DNA from: Amylibacter sp.
Lineage (GTDB): Bacteria > Pseudomonadota > Alphaproteobacteria > Rhodobacterales > Rhodobacteraceae
Direction: 5' to 3'
DNA: 64,000 nucleotides
NCBI GenBank assembly: GCA_965250955.1
Contig: CBDFQE010000001.1
Span: 506,545 to 570,544, forward strand
In this document: positions 19,196 through 27,722 of the stretch, one piece after another
Numbering within the stretch: position 1 is the first letter of the stretch
Layout of the letters: the number at the start of each line of letters is the position of its first letter
Translations under genes and position numbers: made by a program
Notes under the pieces: generated by a model
Told to the model about the DNA's origin: nothing
Seen by the model: only the letters and a program-made list of their open reading frames with translations
Databases searched by the model: none

Positions 19196-19677
19196 TTTTC
19201 CTCGCAATTTTATGAGTGCCGTGCCTGCAAAGCAGACTTGCCTGTATTCTGCTGCCCATAGCTAAGGATGATTTCCTAAGAATGTGTTGAGCGGGTTATA
19301 TGTATAAGGAGAAATTATCGGAAATTTTAAAAGACTCAGTTTTATAAAAATTAGCCCAAGAAAGCAGTGTGATTCACTTGAAATTACTTGAAATGATAAA
19401 AAACTTTCACTGTACGCCCCATTTTCGCCCGCTCACAAGAATGTGGTGAAGGTTTCTGTTGCAGGGATGTAACGATTCACTATCCAATTCGGTCTAAAAC
19501 TATCGGATGCCTTGTTTGTGAGGCCGGAATATGTGCTTTTAGGTCAACGAACGGAGCTTCATGGTGAAGTTTGTTATAAAAACTCTGGTTTTTGATGCTG
19601 GCTCAACCTGTAGTCATCGAAGATCAGAAAACCGAATATGCTAATTTACTAGCAACACGATCAAAAGGATTGGGATA

Positions 19678-20772
19678 ATGAAGAACACATTACTAACGAC
19701 AACAGCTATCGCCCTTACAGGCATCGCTGGTGCGGCAAACGCTGTAGAAATCTCTGCAGGCGCTTTGTCAATGAACGTAAGCGGTTTCTACACAACTAAC
19801 ATCGCTATCGCTTCTGTAGGCGGCGCAGGCGTTGCTGGTGCTGACTTTGACGGCATCGACATCCAAACAAACGCAGAGATCTGGTTCAAACCATCTTTGA
19901 CTTTGGACAACGGCATCAAAATCGGTGTTGATGTACAATTGGAAGCCGGCTCAAACACAAACGACGACCAAATCGACGAATCATACATCACTGTATCAGG
20001 TGACTTCGGTAAAGTGATCATCGGTTCTGAAAACTCAGTTGGCTACAAAATGACTGTGTCAGCACCTGATGTTTCATTGATCTCTGCAAACTCAAGCTCA
20101 TTGACAGCATTCGTACCTTACTCAAGTGCAACAGCTGGTGCTGACTTGTTCCGTGGTACATTGGGTTCAACATTGATTGAGAACGCTCGTAACAATGATG
20201 CGGCGCGTATCAGCTACTTCTCACCACGTTTCAGCGGTCTGCAACTGGGTATTTCATACGCACGTGACGCTGGCGAAACAAACGGCCCAGTAAACAACAA
20301 CGCTACAACAACTGACTTCATCGATATTGCTGCTAACTACAGCGGTTCCTTCGGTGGTGTTGATGTGAATGCATCTGCACGTTGGGGTACAGCTTCTTCT
20401 ATTGCTGTAGGTATAGATCCTGAAGTTTGGGGCGCTGGTCTGAGCGTTGGCTTTAACGGCTTCACAATCGGCGGTTCATATGCTGAGCAAGACGGTACTC
20501 CGGCACAAGACGGTCACTCATATGACATCGGTATCGGTTATGCAAACGGCCCAATGAGCTACTCATTGACATACTTTGAAGGTTCAAACGTAGACAACGA
20601 AGCCGGTGGCGAAGAGAAACTGCAAACAATCATGTTGGCTGCAAAATACAAAGTTGCATCAAACTTCTCAGTGGGCGCATGGATTGCAAGCGTTGACTTC
20701 GAAGAAGTTGGTGTTGGCGTTGATGATGTAGACGCAACTGTTGTTGGCGTAGGCGCATCATTCAGCTTCTAA
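19678..20772 (+). CDS. Outer-membrane general porin (Rhodobacter-type, Porin_4-like)
   Basis: Signal peptide ending AANA, alternating beta-strand pattern, and C-terminal ...GVGASFSF. Confidence 0.85.
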   Translation: MKNTLLTTTAIALTGIAGAANAVEISAGALSMNVSGFYTTNIAIASVGGAGVAGADFDGIDIQTNAEIWFKPSLTLDNGIKIGVDVQLEAGSNTNDDQIDESYITVSGDFGKVIIGSENSVGYKMTVSAPDVSLISANSSSLTAFVPYSSATAGADLFRGTLGSTLIENARNNDAARISYFSPRFSGLQLGISYARDAGETNGPVNNNATTTDFIDIAANYSGSFGGVDVNASARWGTASSIAVGIDPEVWGAGLSVGFNGFTIGGSYAEQDGTPAQDGHSYDIGIGYANGPMSYSLTYFEGSNVDNEAGGEEKLQTIMLAAKYKVASNFSVGAWIASVDFEEVGVGVDDVDATVVGVGASFSF

Positions 20773-20800
20773 ACTGAACGATCTATATAAATTAAAAAAA

Positions 20801-20825
20801 GGGAGGACTTCGGTCTTCCCTTTTT
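20801..20825 (+). terminator. Rho-independent terminator after the porin gene
   Basis: Stem gggaggac / gtcttccc (one G-U pair) with a ttcg loop, followed by ttttt. Confidence 0.75.
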
Positions 20826-20868
20826 ACTATGTATAAGACGCAAAAGAATCACAAAGAATTGACGTTTT

Positions 20869-21696
20869 ATGAAATCCATCGTTTGGCTTGCCTCTTATCC
20901 TAAATCCGGAAACACTTGGTTGCGGGTGTTTTTGGCGAATTATGTTTATAATTCGGAAAAACCTGTTCCGATCAATCAGATACACCGTGTTGGTATCGGG
21001 GATTCCAATGTCAAAGCTTACCGTATGGTCACCAAAGAGCCGATTGATCCAACCAACCCCGCACAAGGGGCACGTATCCGACCTGCTGTTTTACAGGGAA
21101 TTGTAAACAACAAGGCTGATATCAATCTGGTCAAAACCCATTGCGAAAACGCCACTGCTTATGGGGTACGCTTAATTCCACCGGAATTAACCCGATCAGC
21201 GATCTATATCATTCGCAACCCGTTGGACATGATCGTTTCTTATGCCAGCCATTACGGCAACACGATCGATGAAGCGATTGAAGGGATTGGACGAAAAGAT
21301 AATTCACTGCTTGGGGTCTCTGACACGGTCTATCAATACTTGGGAACATGGTCGAACCATGCCATCGGCTGGTCAAAGGCCAGAAAATTTCCTGTCTTGG
21401 TATTGCGTTATGAAGACATGTTGAATGACCCGGTCGAAGCATTTGAACGCGCAGTACACCATATTGGCCTGCCGTTTGACCAAGAACGTTTGGAACGCTC
21501 CACGCGCTTTTCTGATTTCAAACTGTTGCAGGAACAGGAACAGAAAACCAGTTTTGTGGAAAATTCTGACAACCAAAAGCTTTTCTTCAGAAAAGGTAAA
21601 GCCGAGCAATGGAAAACAGAGCTGACAAATGAACAAGTTGATCAAATTATTCAAGACCATGGGCGGGTCATGAAGAAATTCGGGTATGAAGTATGA
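20869..21696 (+). CDS. PAPS-dependent sulfotransferase-domain protein (paralog 1)
   Basis: 5'-PSB motif SYPKSGNTWLRVFL and 3'-PB-like IIRNPLDMIVSYASH. No signal peptide. Confidence 0.8.
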   Translation: MKSIVWLASYPKSGNTWLRVFLANYVYNSEKPVPINQIHRVGIGDSNVKAYRMVTKEPIDPTNPAQGARIRPAVLQGIVNNKADINLVKTHCENATAYGVRLIPPELTRSAIYIIRNPLDMIVSYASHYGNTIDEAIEGIGRKDNSLLGVSDTVYQYLGTWSNHAIGWSKARKFPVLVLRYEDMLNDPVEAFERAVHHIGLPFDQERLERSTRFSDFKLLQEQEQKTSFVENSDNQKLFFRKGKAEQWKTELTNEQVDQIIQDHGRVMKKFGYEV

Positions 21697-22565
21697 ATGT
21701 GCCGCAAAATATCATCTGGATCGGGTCTTTCCCAAAATCAGGTAACACATGGGTGCGCGCCTTTTTGGGTAATTACTTTCAACCCACCGGCAAGAACCTG
21801 TCAATCAATGAACTGTCGTCAATAACAACATCGGATGTGCGAACCGACTGGTTCGACATGGCCGCAGGAAAACCCTTTATCGGGGCGGGTTTTGATCATT
21901 GGTTCGAGACGCGTGTAAAGGTTTTGCGTTTGATCGCCCAATCAAGCCAAGGCAACCGGTTTGTCAAAACGCATTCAAAAATTGACCGGGTGGGGGATAT
22001 TGACTTTATTATGCCTGAAGTCACCGCCGCCGCGATTTGTATCATCCGCAATCCTTTTGATGTGGTGATTTCATTTTCCCGGCACAATGACATACCCATC
22101 GACGATGCGATTGATCGCATGTGCGATCATAATAATATTTCATCGACTGATAACGGTATTTTAGAAGTACTTGGGCGTTGGGATGATCATATACAAAGTT
22201 GGGTAAAGGCCCCGGGCCTGCCACGCCATATCATGCGTTATGAAGATATGGTCGATAACCCCAAAACGGCCTTTACAGGCCTGTTGAAATTCCTGCAGGT
22301 ACCTGTTGACTATAAGACCATGCAAAGGGCGCTCAAGGAAACCTCGTTCGCAGCCTTGCAAAAACAGGAAAGCAGTGAAGGTTTTCGCGAAAAACCACCT
22401 AGCATGGACAAGTTCTTTTCCACAGGAAAGTACGGCGGTTGGCTGGATAAACTAGCCCCTGAACAGGTGGAACGCATTCATACTGAATTCCAGACGGCAA
22501 TAGAAGAATACTTCCCCGAAGTAGGGGCCCAAGCATTGACTTTTATAGCGAATGAGAAAGCTTAA
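21693..22565 (+). CDS. PAPS-dependent sulfotransferase-domain protein (paralog 2)
   Basis: SFPKSGNTWVRAFL and IIRNPFDVVISFSRH. 4-nt ATGA overlap with paralog 1. Confidence 0.8.
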   Translation: MNVPQNIIWIGSFPKSGNTWVRAFLGNYFQPTGKNLSINELSSITTSDVRTDWFDMAAGKPFIGAGFDHWFETRVKVLRLIAQSSQGNRFVKTHSKIDRVGDIDFIMPEVTAAAICIIRNPFDVVISFSRHNDIPIDDAIDRMCDHNNISSTDNGILEVLGRWDDHIQSWVKAPGLPRHIMRYEDMVDNPKTAFTGLLKFLQVPVDYKTMQRALKETSFAALQKQESSEGFREKPPSMDKFFSTGKYGGWLDKLAPEQVERIHTEFQTAIEEYFPEVGAQALTFIANEKA

Positions 22566-22609
22566 TAAAAAGACAACATTCAGCAAAACAATGGCATAAA
22601 GGAAAACAG

Positions 22610-23479
22610 ATGGCAAAAGTAGCATTTTTAGGGTTGGGTGTCATGGGTTACCCGATGGCAGGGCACTTGCAAGCGGCAGGTCACGATGTAACCGTTTATA
22701 ACCGTACAGCCAGCAAAGCTGAAGGCTGGGCTGCAAAGCATGGCGGCAAAGCTGCCGCAAGCCCGGCAGCAGCCGCAAAAGGGGCCACATTCGTGCTGTG
22801 CTGTGTTGGCAATGATGACGATTTGCGCGCGGTTTGCCTAGGTGATGGCGGTGCGTTCGCCGGCATGGATGCAGGGACGATTTTTGTGGATCACACAACA
22901 GTTTCCGCCGCCGTTACCCGTGAATTGTTCGCCAGCAGTGCAAATAAAGACATCGCCTTTGTCGATGCCCCCGTTTCAGGCGGCCAGGCCGGTGCAGAAA
23001 ATGGCGCACTTTCCGTTATGTGCGGTGGCGAACAAGCCGCTTACGACAAAGCCGAACCGATCATCGCTGCTTACGCCCGCATTTGTAAACGCATTGGTGA
23101 TAGCGGTGCCGGTCAAATGACTAAAATGTGCAACCAAATTGCCATTGCAGGCCTTGTGCAAGGCCTGTCAGAAGCCCTGCATTTCGCCGAAAAAGCCGGC
23201 CTTGATGGTCGTGCTGTGGTCGAGGTGATCAGTCAGGGTGCCGCAGGCAGTTGGCAGATGTCAAACCGTTATGAAACCATGCTAGACGGCCATTTTGAAC
23301 ACGGCTTTGCCGTGGACTGGATGCGCAAAGATCTAGGCATTTGCCTTGCAACAGCAGATGAAAACGGTGCCAGCCTGCCTGTAACCGCCCTTGTGGATCA
23401 ATTCTATAAAGATGTGCAAAATATGGGCGGCAACCGCTGGGATACTTCTGCCCTGATCAAGCGCTTGCGGGATGTTTAG
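22610..23479 (+). CDS. NAD(P)-dependent beta-hydroxyacid dehydrogenase (3-hydroxyisobutyrate dehydrogenase family)
   Basis: Rossmann motif AFLGLGVMGYPMAGHL, plus DAPVSGG and GAGQMTKMCNQ. Confidence 0.85.
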   Translation: MAKVAFLGLGVMGYPMAGHLQAAGHDVTVYNRTASKAEGWAAKHGGKAAASPAAAAKGATFVLCCVGNDDDLRAVCLGDGGAFAGMDAGTIFVDHTTVSAAVTRELFASSANKDIAFVDAPVSGGQAGAENGALSVMCGGEQAAYDKAEPIIAAYARICKRIGDSGAGQMTKMCNQIAIAGLVQGLSEALHFAEKAGLDGRAVVEVISQGAAGSWQMSNRYETMLDGHFEHGFAVDWMRKDLGICLATADENGASLPVTALVDQFYKDVQNMGGNRWDTSALIKRLRDV

Positions 23480-23502
23480 TGAATGAAGGGTAGGCGGCAA
23501 GC

Positions 23503-24798
23503 CTACCCATCTAATGCACCGTTCTCTAACGTAGTTTTGATAATGATTTCAACCAGTTCGAAACTTGTTTCTGAACTGATATCTTCAAAATATACCGTAC
23601 CCGGCCACGGTGGGATTTTGCTGTTGTAGCCGTTTTTCGAAATTGTTTGAGCCACGTTTTTGATCGCGGCAGTATATTTTGTTGCGGTGTCCAGAGTGCT
23701 GATTTTGGTCGCGGCCATATCTTCAATACTGTTACGGTCAATCTGCCCGGCGCCGATGCCCAAAAACAATGGGATGTTGCGGGTTATCGATTGTTCTTCG
23801 TAAAAAGACATGGCTACCCGGTCGTCATCCAGACGCATGATATAATCGCAGCACACACTGTGCTTCAAATCGGTTAGCTGCTCTAATGTTATCACATCGG
23901 CATTTCCAGCTTTAGCCGCTCTACGTCTTGATGAGCGGTTCTTTTTTTCGGCCAGTGTAACATAGTCGCCGCGTAAATTAGCATCGTATACACGGTGCCC
24001 CCATGGGTTTTCGTCAACCAGTCTGCGGCTTGATCTGATGGCCATATTCTTGCAATTATTGGGGCCGATAAAAAATGGTGACCCGGATGCATCCGATAGT
24101 TCAAGCCAGCCGTTGGGGAAGCATTTGAAGAAATGATCAGCCCAAGGCTGGATCACCTTATCGGTTAACATATCCAACAGATCATTGGCAAAATCAGGTT
24201 CATGAACAAGGGCTGCAAGAAGCGGTTCTTGCCCGAACGTGTCGGCGGCAAGGCTATAGGCGGCACTTAGGTGCAAAATGGGTTCAAGCCCGGTTAAACG
24301 CTCATATGCAGCGATGATGTCTGTTACAATTTTGGGAATGCCACTGTCAAAATCGGGGGTTTGGATATTCTGCCAGTTATCTCTGGTCAGCAACATATCA
24401 TCGGGGTCAGCCCCGGGTGGAAAGCGATCAGGATACATTGTTGATTGCCCCATCGCCTCGGCGGTAAAGCCGTAAACAGGCCAGCTTACATAAAATTTGT
24501 TCATGCCCAGCAAGCGGCGCGACATTAAGGTTGTACGCACATAGCGTTCTGCGTCACCTTTATAAAACTCGGATGACTCGTAACCATAAAGGTCATTCAT
24601 GATAGTTAGGGTCATAAGGTTTAAAGACCCGCCGATATTTACCGTATTTTCTTCGGTTGGGCGGGCGAAATCTGCATCATAATCACCTGCTATGGCGGCA
24701 TCAAAGATTTGCCGTAATCGGTGCAACGCTTCGGGCTCACCCGCTTGCCAACGTGATAGTAAACGACATCCCGCAGTAACATTAAACTCTTCAATCAT
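23503..24798 (-). CDS. Hypothetical 431-aa protein (possibly URO-D/MtaA-like fold; weak)
   Basis: ORF track 23503..24885. Start trimmed to ATG 24798 (MIEEFNV, AGGAA RBS). The only resemblance is a weak one, LELSDASGSPFFIGP, to the D..SG..IsP segment of URO-D-like methyltransferases. Confidence 0.5.
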   Translation of the reverse strand: MIEEFNVTAGCRLLSRWQAGEPEALHRLRQIFDAAIAGDYDADFARPTEENTVNIGGSLNLMTLTIMNDLYGYESSEFYKGDAERYVRTTLMSRRLLGMNKFYVSWPVYGFTAEAMGQSTMYPDRFPPGADPDDMLLTRDNWQNIQTPDFDSGIPKIVTDIIAAYERLTGLEPILHLSAAYSLAADTFGQEPLLAALVHEPDFANDLLDMLTDKVIQPWADHFFKCFPNGWLELSDASGSPFFIGPNNCKNMAIRSSRRLVDENPWGHRVYDANLRGDYVTLAEKKNRSSRRRAAKAGNADVITLEQLTDLKHSVCCDYIMRLDDDRVAMSFYEEQSITRNIPLFLGIGAGQIDRNSIEDMAATKISTLDTATKYTAAIKNVAQTISKNGYNSKIPPWPGTVYFEDISSETSFELVEIIIKTTLENGALDG

Positions 24799-24892
24799 TT
24801 CAGATATTCCTAAATATGTCTTATGTGATATTTTGCGTAGAAATTTGAAAAAAACAATTTGAATGTTTTTAGTAAGTGCATACAATAATTAT

Positions 24893-25771
24893 ATGAAAAA
24901 TATTCAACATATCTTAAATACCCTGCCGGCATTTGTTGAAGCGGCGCGTTTGGGTAGTTTTACAAAAGCAGGTGATAAACTGGGCATGGCGCAACCTTCG
25001 GTCAGCCGGTTCATCAATAATCTTGAAGCCAGTATCGGGTCGGCGTTATTTCATAGAAATCACAACCAGATTGAGTTAACTGAAAACGGCAAAAAACTAT
25101 ATGATGCGGTGACATTGGGCTTGGACCATATCAGTAGAACCGTTGCTACGTTGCATGAAATCGACGAAAAATCAGTCATAACGATCAGTTGTTCACATGG
25201 ATTTTCACATATGTGGTTGCAAGCTAGGTTGCCTGAAATTCAAAAAAAACTACCAACGCACAAGGTGCAGATTGTAACCTCGGATCACACAGCCCCCTTA
25301 ACCCATGACGATGTCAGTTGTGCTGTGCGGTTGGGGGATGGAAACTGGCCTGATTGCATTTCGAAATTTCTTTTTTTAGAAGAGGTTTTCCCCGTGTGCA
25401 CAACTGAGTTTGCCCATAAATATAATATCCAAGATATAATCACTGCAAAAGAAATACAGACCCTACCGCTTCTTGCGTTGGATGCAGGGAAATATGGCTG
25501 GTTGGGTTGGCGTGAATGGTTTTCACATCACGGCCTTTCTTATGATGTTCCCGTGGGTACCGAGTTGATCAACAATTATGCCTTCACGTTGCAGGCGGCG
25601 ATGGCAGGCCAAGGCATTGCCCTGATGTGGAAAGGTTTGGATATACCATATCTGAATAGAGGTTGGTTGAAAGAGCTGGGAACACTGCGCGTAAAAACCC
25701 GTAACGCCTATTATCTGACTTTCCCTGAAGACAGCCCGTATGTTGGGCAATTCAGTCAGGTGTTTATATGA
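24893..25771 (+). CDS. LysR-family transcriptional regulator
   Basis: ORF track 24863..25771. Start trimmed to ATG 24893. wHTH segment LPAFVEAARLGSFTKAGDKLGMAQPSVSRFINNLE. Divergent from the 431-aa ORF. Confidence 0.9.
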   Translation: MKNIQHILNTLPAFVEAARLGSFTKAGDKLGMAQPSVSRFINNLEASIGSALFHRNHNQIELTENGKKLYDAVTLGLDHISRTVATLHEIDEKSVITISCSHGFSHMWLQARLPEIQKKLPTHKVQIVTSDHTAPLTHDDVSCAVRLGDGNWPDCISKFLFLEEVFPVCTTEFAHKYNIQDIITAKEIQTLPLLALDAGKYGWLGWREWFSHHGLSYDVPVGTELINNYAFTLQAAMAGQGIALMWKGLDIPYLNRGWLKELGTLRVKTRNAYYLTFPEDSPYVGQFSQVFI

Positions 25772-25921
25772 TTTAAATTATGTACTATGAGGGAAAAGAG
25801 TTGAGCAAAGTGTTTGATAAGGTGACTGATTAGAAAGTTGTCTTGCAGGATGCGAACGGCCAGAGAATGAAGTTTAATCCAGAACCATAATCAGTCACCC
25901 GAACGTCTCGCGCCATTTACG

Positions 25922-26077
25922 ATGCGTGTGACACTACAGAAGCGTCAAATATTGGAGCGTTGGGCGAATGATGTTGGCATGCCTTTGGCCAGGTATGTAA
26001 AATATTGTGTTTTTGATAAGGGTGACTCCAACAGTTATATTGGCAATGCGGATTACCTTTTACGTCACGGTATGTGA
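25922..26077 (+). CDS. Small RHH/MobC-like ORF or remnant (51 aa)
   Basis: My translation is MRVTLQKRQILERWANDVGMPLARYVKYCVFDKGDSNS.... This fits the pattern 'x-R-V-T-x-x-x-x-x-L-E-x-x-A-x-x-x-G-x-x-L-x-x-Y' of MobC/RHH proteins. The frame stays open upstream (..ERLAPFT) without a start codon, which suggests a truncated remnant. Confidence 0.3.
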   Translation: MRVTLQKRQILERWANDVGMPLARYVKYCVFDKGDSNSYIGNADYLLRHGM

Positions 26078-26156
26078 CAAATGTCACAGCCGCAGATCAG
26101 AATATCTATACCCTAGGTTTACTAAAATATTTTTTCATAAACTTAGGAGATATATA

Positions 26157-26417
26157 ATGTCTGACGAAAAAATGACCAAACATGGAGCATTAAATATTGA
26201 TGCGCGTAATTCGATTCTCGAGGCTATTCGTGCATCGGTCAGTAAAGAGAAATTATTGAATTTGGAAAGTGCGGGAAGCATAGCCACAGCACTTGATTCT
26301 TTGGCCGCTCGGAATTTGTATTCTAAGGGGCCAACAGGCGATAATTACTCAAAAAATACGCAACGCGTTGGTTTTGACAATCTTGTACGTCCTGCTGACT
26401 TGGGTGGCTTAGAGTAA
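26157..26417 (+). CDS. Candidate RiPP precursor peptide (86 aa, Cys-free)
   Basis: Inner ATG of ORF 26007..26417, with an AGGAG RBS at 26145-26149. It is the first gene of a same-strand operon with HExxH and radical SAM enzymes. The C-terminal third carries YSK, YSK and FDN. Confidence 0.6.
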   Translation: MSDEKMTKHGALNIDARNSILEAIRASVSKEKLLNLESAGSIATALDSLAARNLYSKGPTGDNYSKNTQRVGFDNLVRPADLGGLE

Positions 26418-26540
26418 TACGCTTCGTGTTTCAAAGCACCAAGGTAAGGTGTGAACGAAGAGTTTAGAAAGGTTTTCGCCCTTGATGTTCCATTAATCCG
26501 GGGCGGGAACATTTTAATTATTATTTTTTTCGGAGGCGAC

Positions 26541-27722
26541 ATGTTGGATTTAAATACATCTGAAGTAACTGTCTTTCTATCAGGATTTGCGGGGCCGATT
26601 GAACCGATCAATGTAGAATTGTTGGAAATGATTGTTGGGGAACGGGGTAAAATCAGTGCTCAACAATTTTTTGAAGCAAATGCAGAGCGTTTGCAAAGCA
26701 GCAATCCTGGTCTTTTAAATTTTTTACAAACCACTTTAAAACAGAGTTTACCGTTTCAAGCACTTTGGACGCCCACTATCGGGATACTGGAAGAATGCTT
26801 GCGCCAAGGTGTGAATGATATTGAAACTGTCGAACGTGTGGGCGTATCTTTGGCTTGGGATTTGGTTTGCGCGGGGTTTCAGGGCCGCTGGTCAAGTATG
26901 TTGCCCCCGATGAACCCGTTGACAATAGGTAAATATGTGCTGCCGAAGGCTGACCGGATTGACGTTGTTTCGGATGCCTCGCAAATAGTAGTTACCTACC
27001 CTGAAAAAGTGCGCTGGATTTATACCCGTGGCACCGAAACAGCCCAAGCACCAAATGAATTAATGCTGGAAAACGGCAGCACCTGCGAGCAGATAACTTT
27101 TCTTGTTGGCGGTTTAGACAGGTCACACAGTTTTGCCAATCTGGCAGAATTAGCCCTTGCACCTTCAAATCTGGATAAAGCCGTAGCAAAACATGCAGAA
27201 GCTGTAGCGTTACTTCGTGAACACGCGCCAGAATACTTGGAATATGTGAGCCGCGTAATTCATACAGTGATCCCCCTACAAGATAATGATGGTATTCTTA
27301 ATAGTGGCTCCAGTCGTTGTGAACCCGGTGTGGTTCATGCAAGTGTGGATTGTTGCGCCGAGGCATATGCAGAGATGCTGGTGCATGAAGCATCGCATCA
27401 GTATTATTATATTTTACGCCGGATGGGAGAGATCGAAGATGGTAGTGATCCTACGCTATATTTTTCCCCTGTAAAACAAACAGGCCGTCCTATTGCAATG
27501 ATCCTATTGGCTTATCATGCTTTTGCAAATGTAGTTTTGATGGGGCGGCGTATCACACAAAGCGGTTTTATTTCCCCTGGCGATTATTTTCGTCAGAATG
27601 AAGATTTTCTGATGCCGATTTTGGATACGCTTAAAGATGGTTTGACAACCACACAGGCGCTGACCCCGTTGGGAAGCTGCGTGTGGGAGCCTTTGGATCA
27701 GGAATTATTGGTGAAATCGTGA
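26541..27722 (+). CDS. HExxH-motif peptide-modification protein (alpha-KG-HExxH-type hydroxylase family candidate)
   Basis: ORF track 26451..27722. ATG 26541 is preferred because of the GGAGG RBS at 26533-26537. Motif AEMLVHEASHQYYY...SPVKQTGRPIAMILLAYHAFANV. Confidence 0.75.
   Translation: MLDLNTSEVTVFLSGFAGPIEPINVELLEMIVGERGKISAQQFFEANAERLQSSNPGLLNFLQTTLKQSLPFQALWTPTIGILEECLRQGVNDIETVERVGVSLAWDLVCAGFQGRWSSMLPPMNPLTIGKYVLPKADRIDVVSDASQIVVTYPEKVRWIYTRGTETAQAPNELMLENGSTCEQITFLVGGLDRSHSFANLAELALAPSNLDKAVAKHAEAVALLREHAPEYLEYVSRVIHTVIPLQDNDGILNSGSSRCEPGVVHASVDCCAEAYAEMLVHEASHQYYYILRRMGEIEDGSDPTLYFSPVKQTGRPIAMILLAYHAFANVVLMGRRITQSGFISPGDYFRQNEDFLMPILDTLKDGLTTTQALTPLGSCVWEPLDQELLVKS

Noticed and set aside
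19678-20772. The porin as the missing outer-membrane component of the adjacent T1SS.
   Set aside because: The sequence is a classical beta-barrel general porin (alternating strands, terminal Phe). It has none of the long helical TolC architecture, and it is transcribed divergently from its own promoter.
26007-26156. The N-terminal 50-aa extension of the 136-aa ORF that contains the candidate precursor.
   Set aside because: The extension (MFLIRVTPTVILAMRITFYVTVCDKCHSRRSEY...) has a GTG start without an RBS and overlaps the RHH-like frame. A strong AGGAG RBS sits right before the inner ATG at 26157.
26418-26540. A hairpin between the precursor gene and the HExxH gene as a stoichiometry-setting attenuator.
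   Set aside because: There are only 6-bp and 4-bp interrupted stems (cttcgt/acgaag, cacc/ggtg) and no T-run. This is too weak to call.
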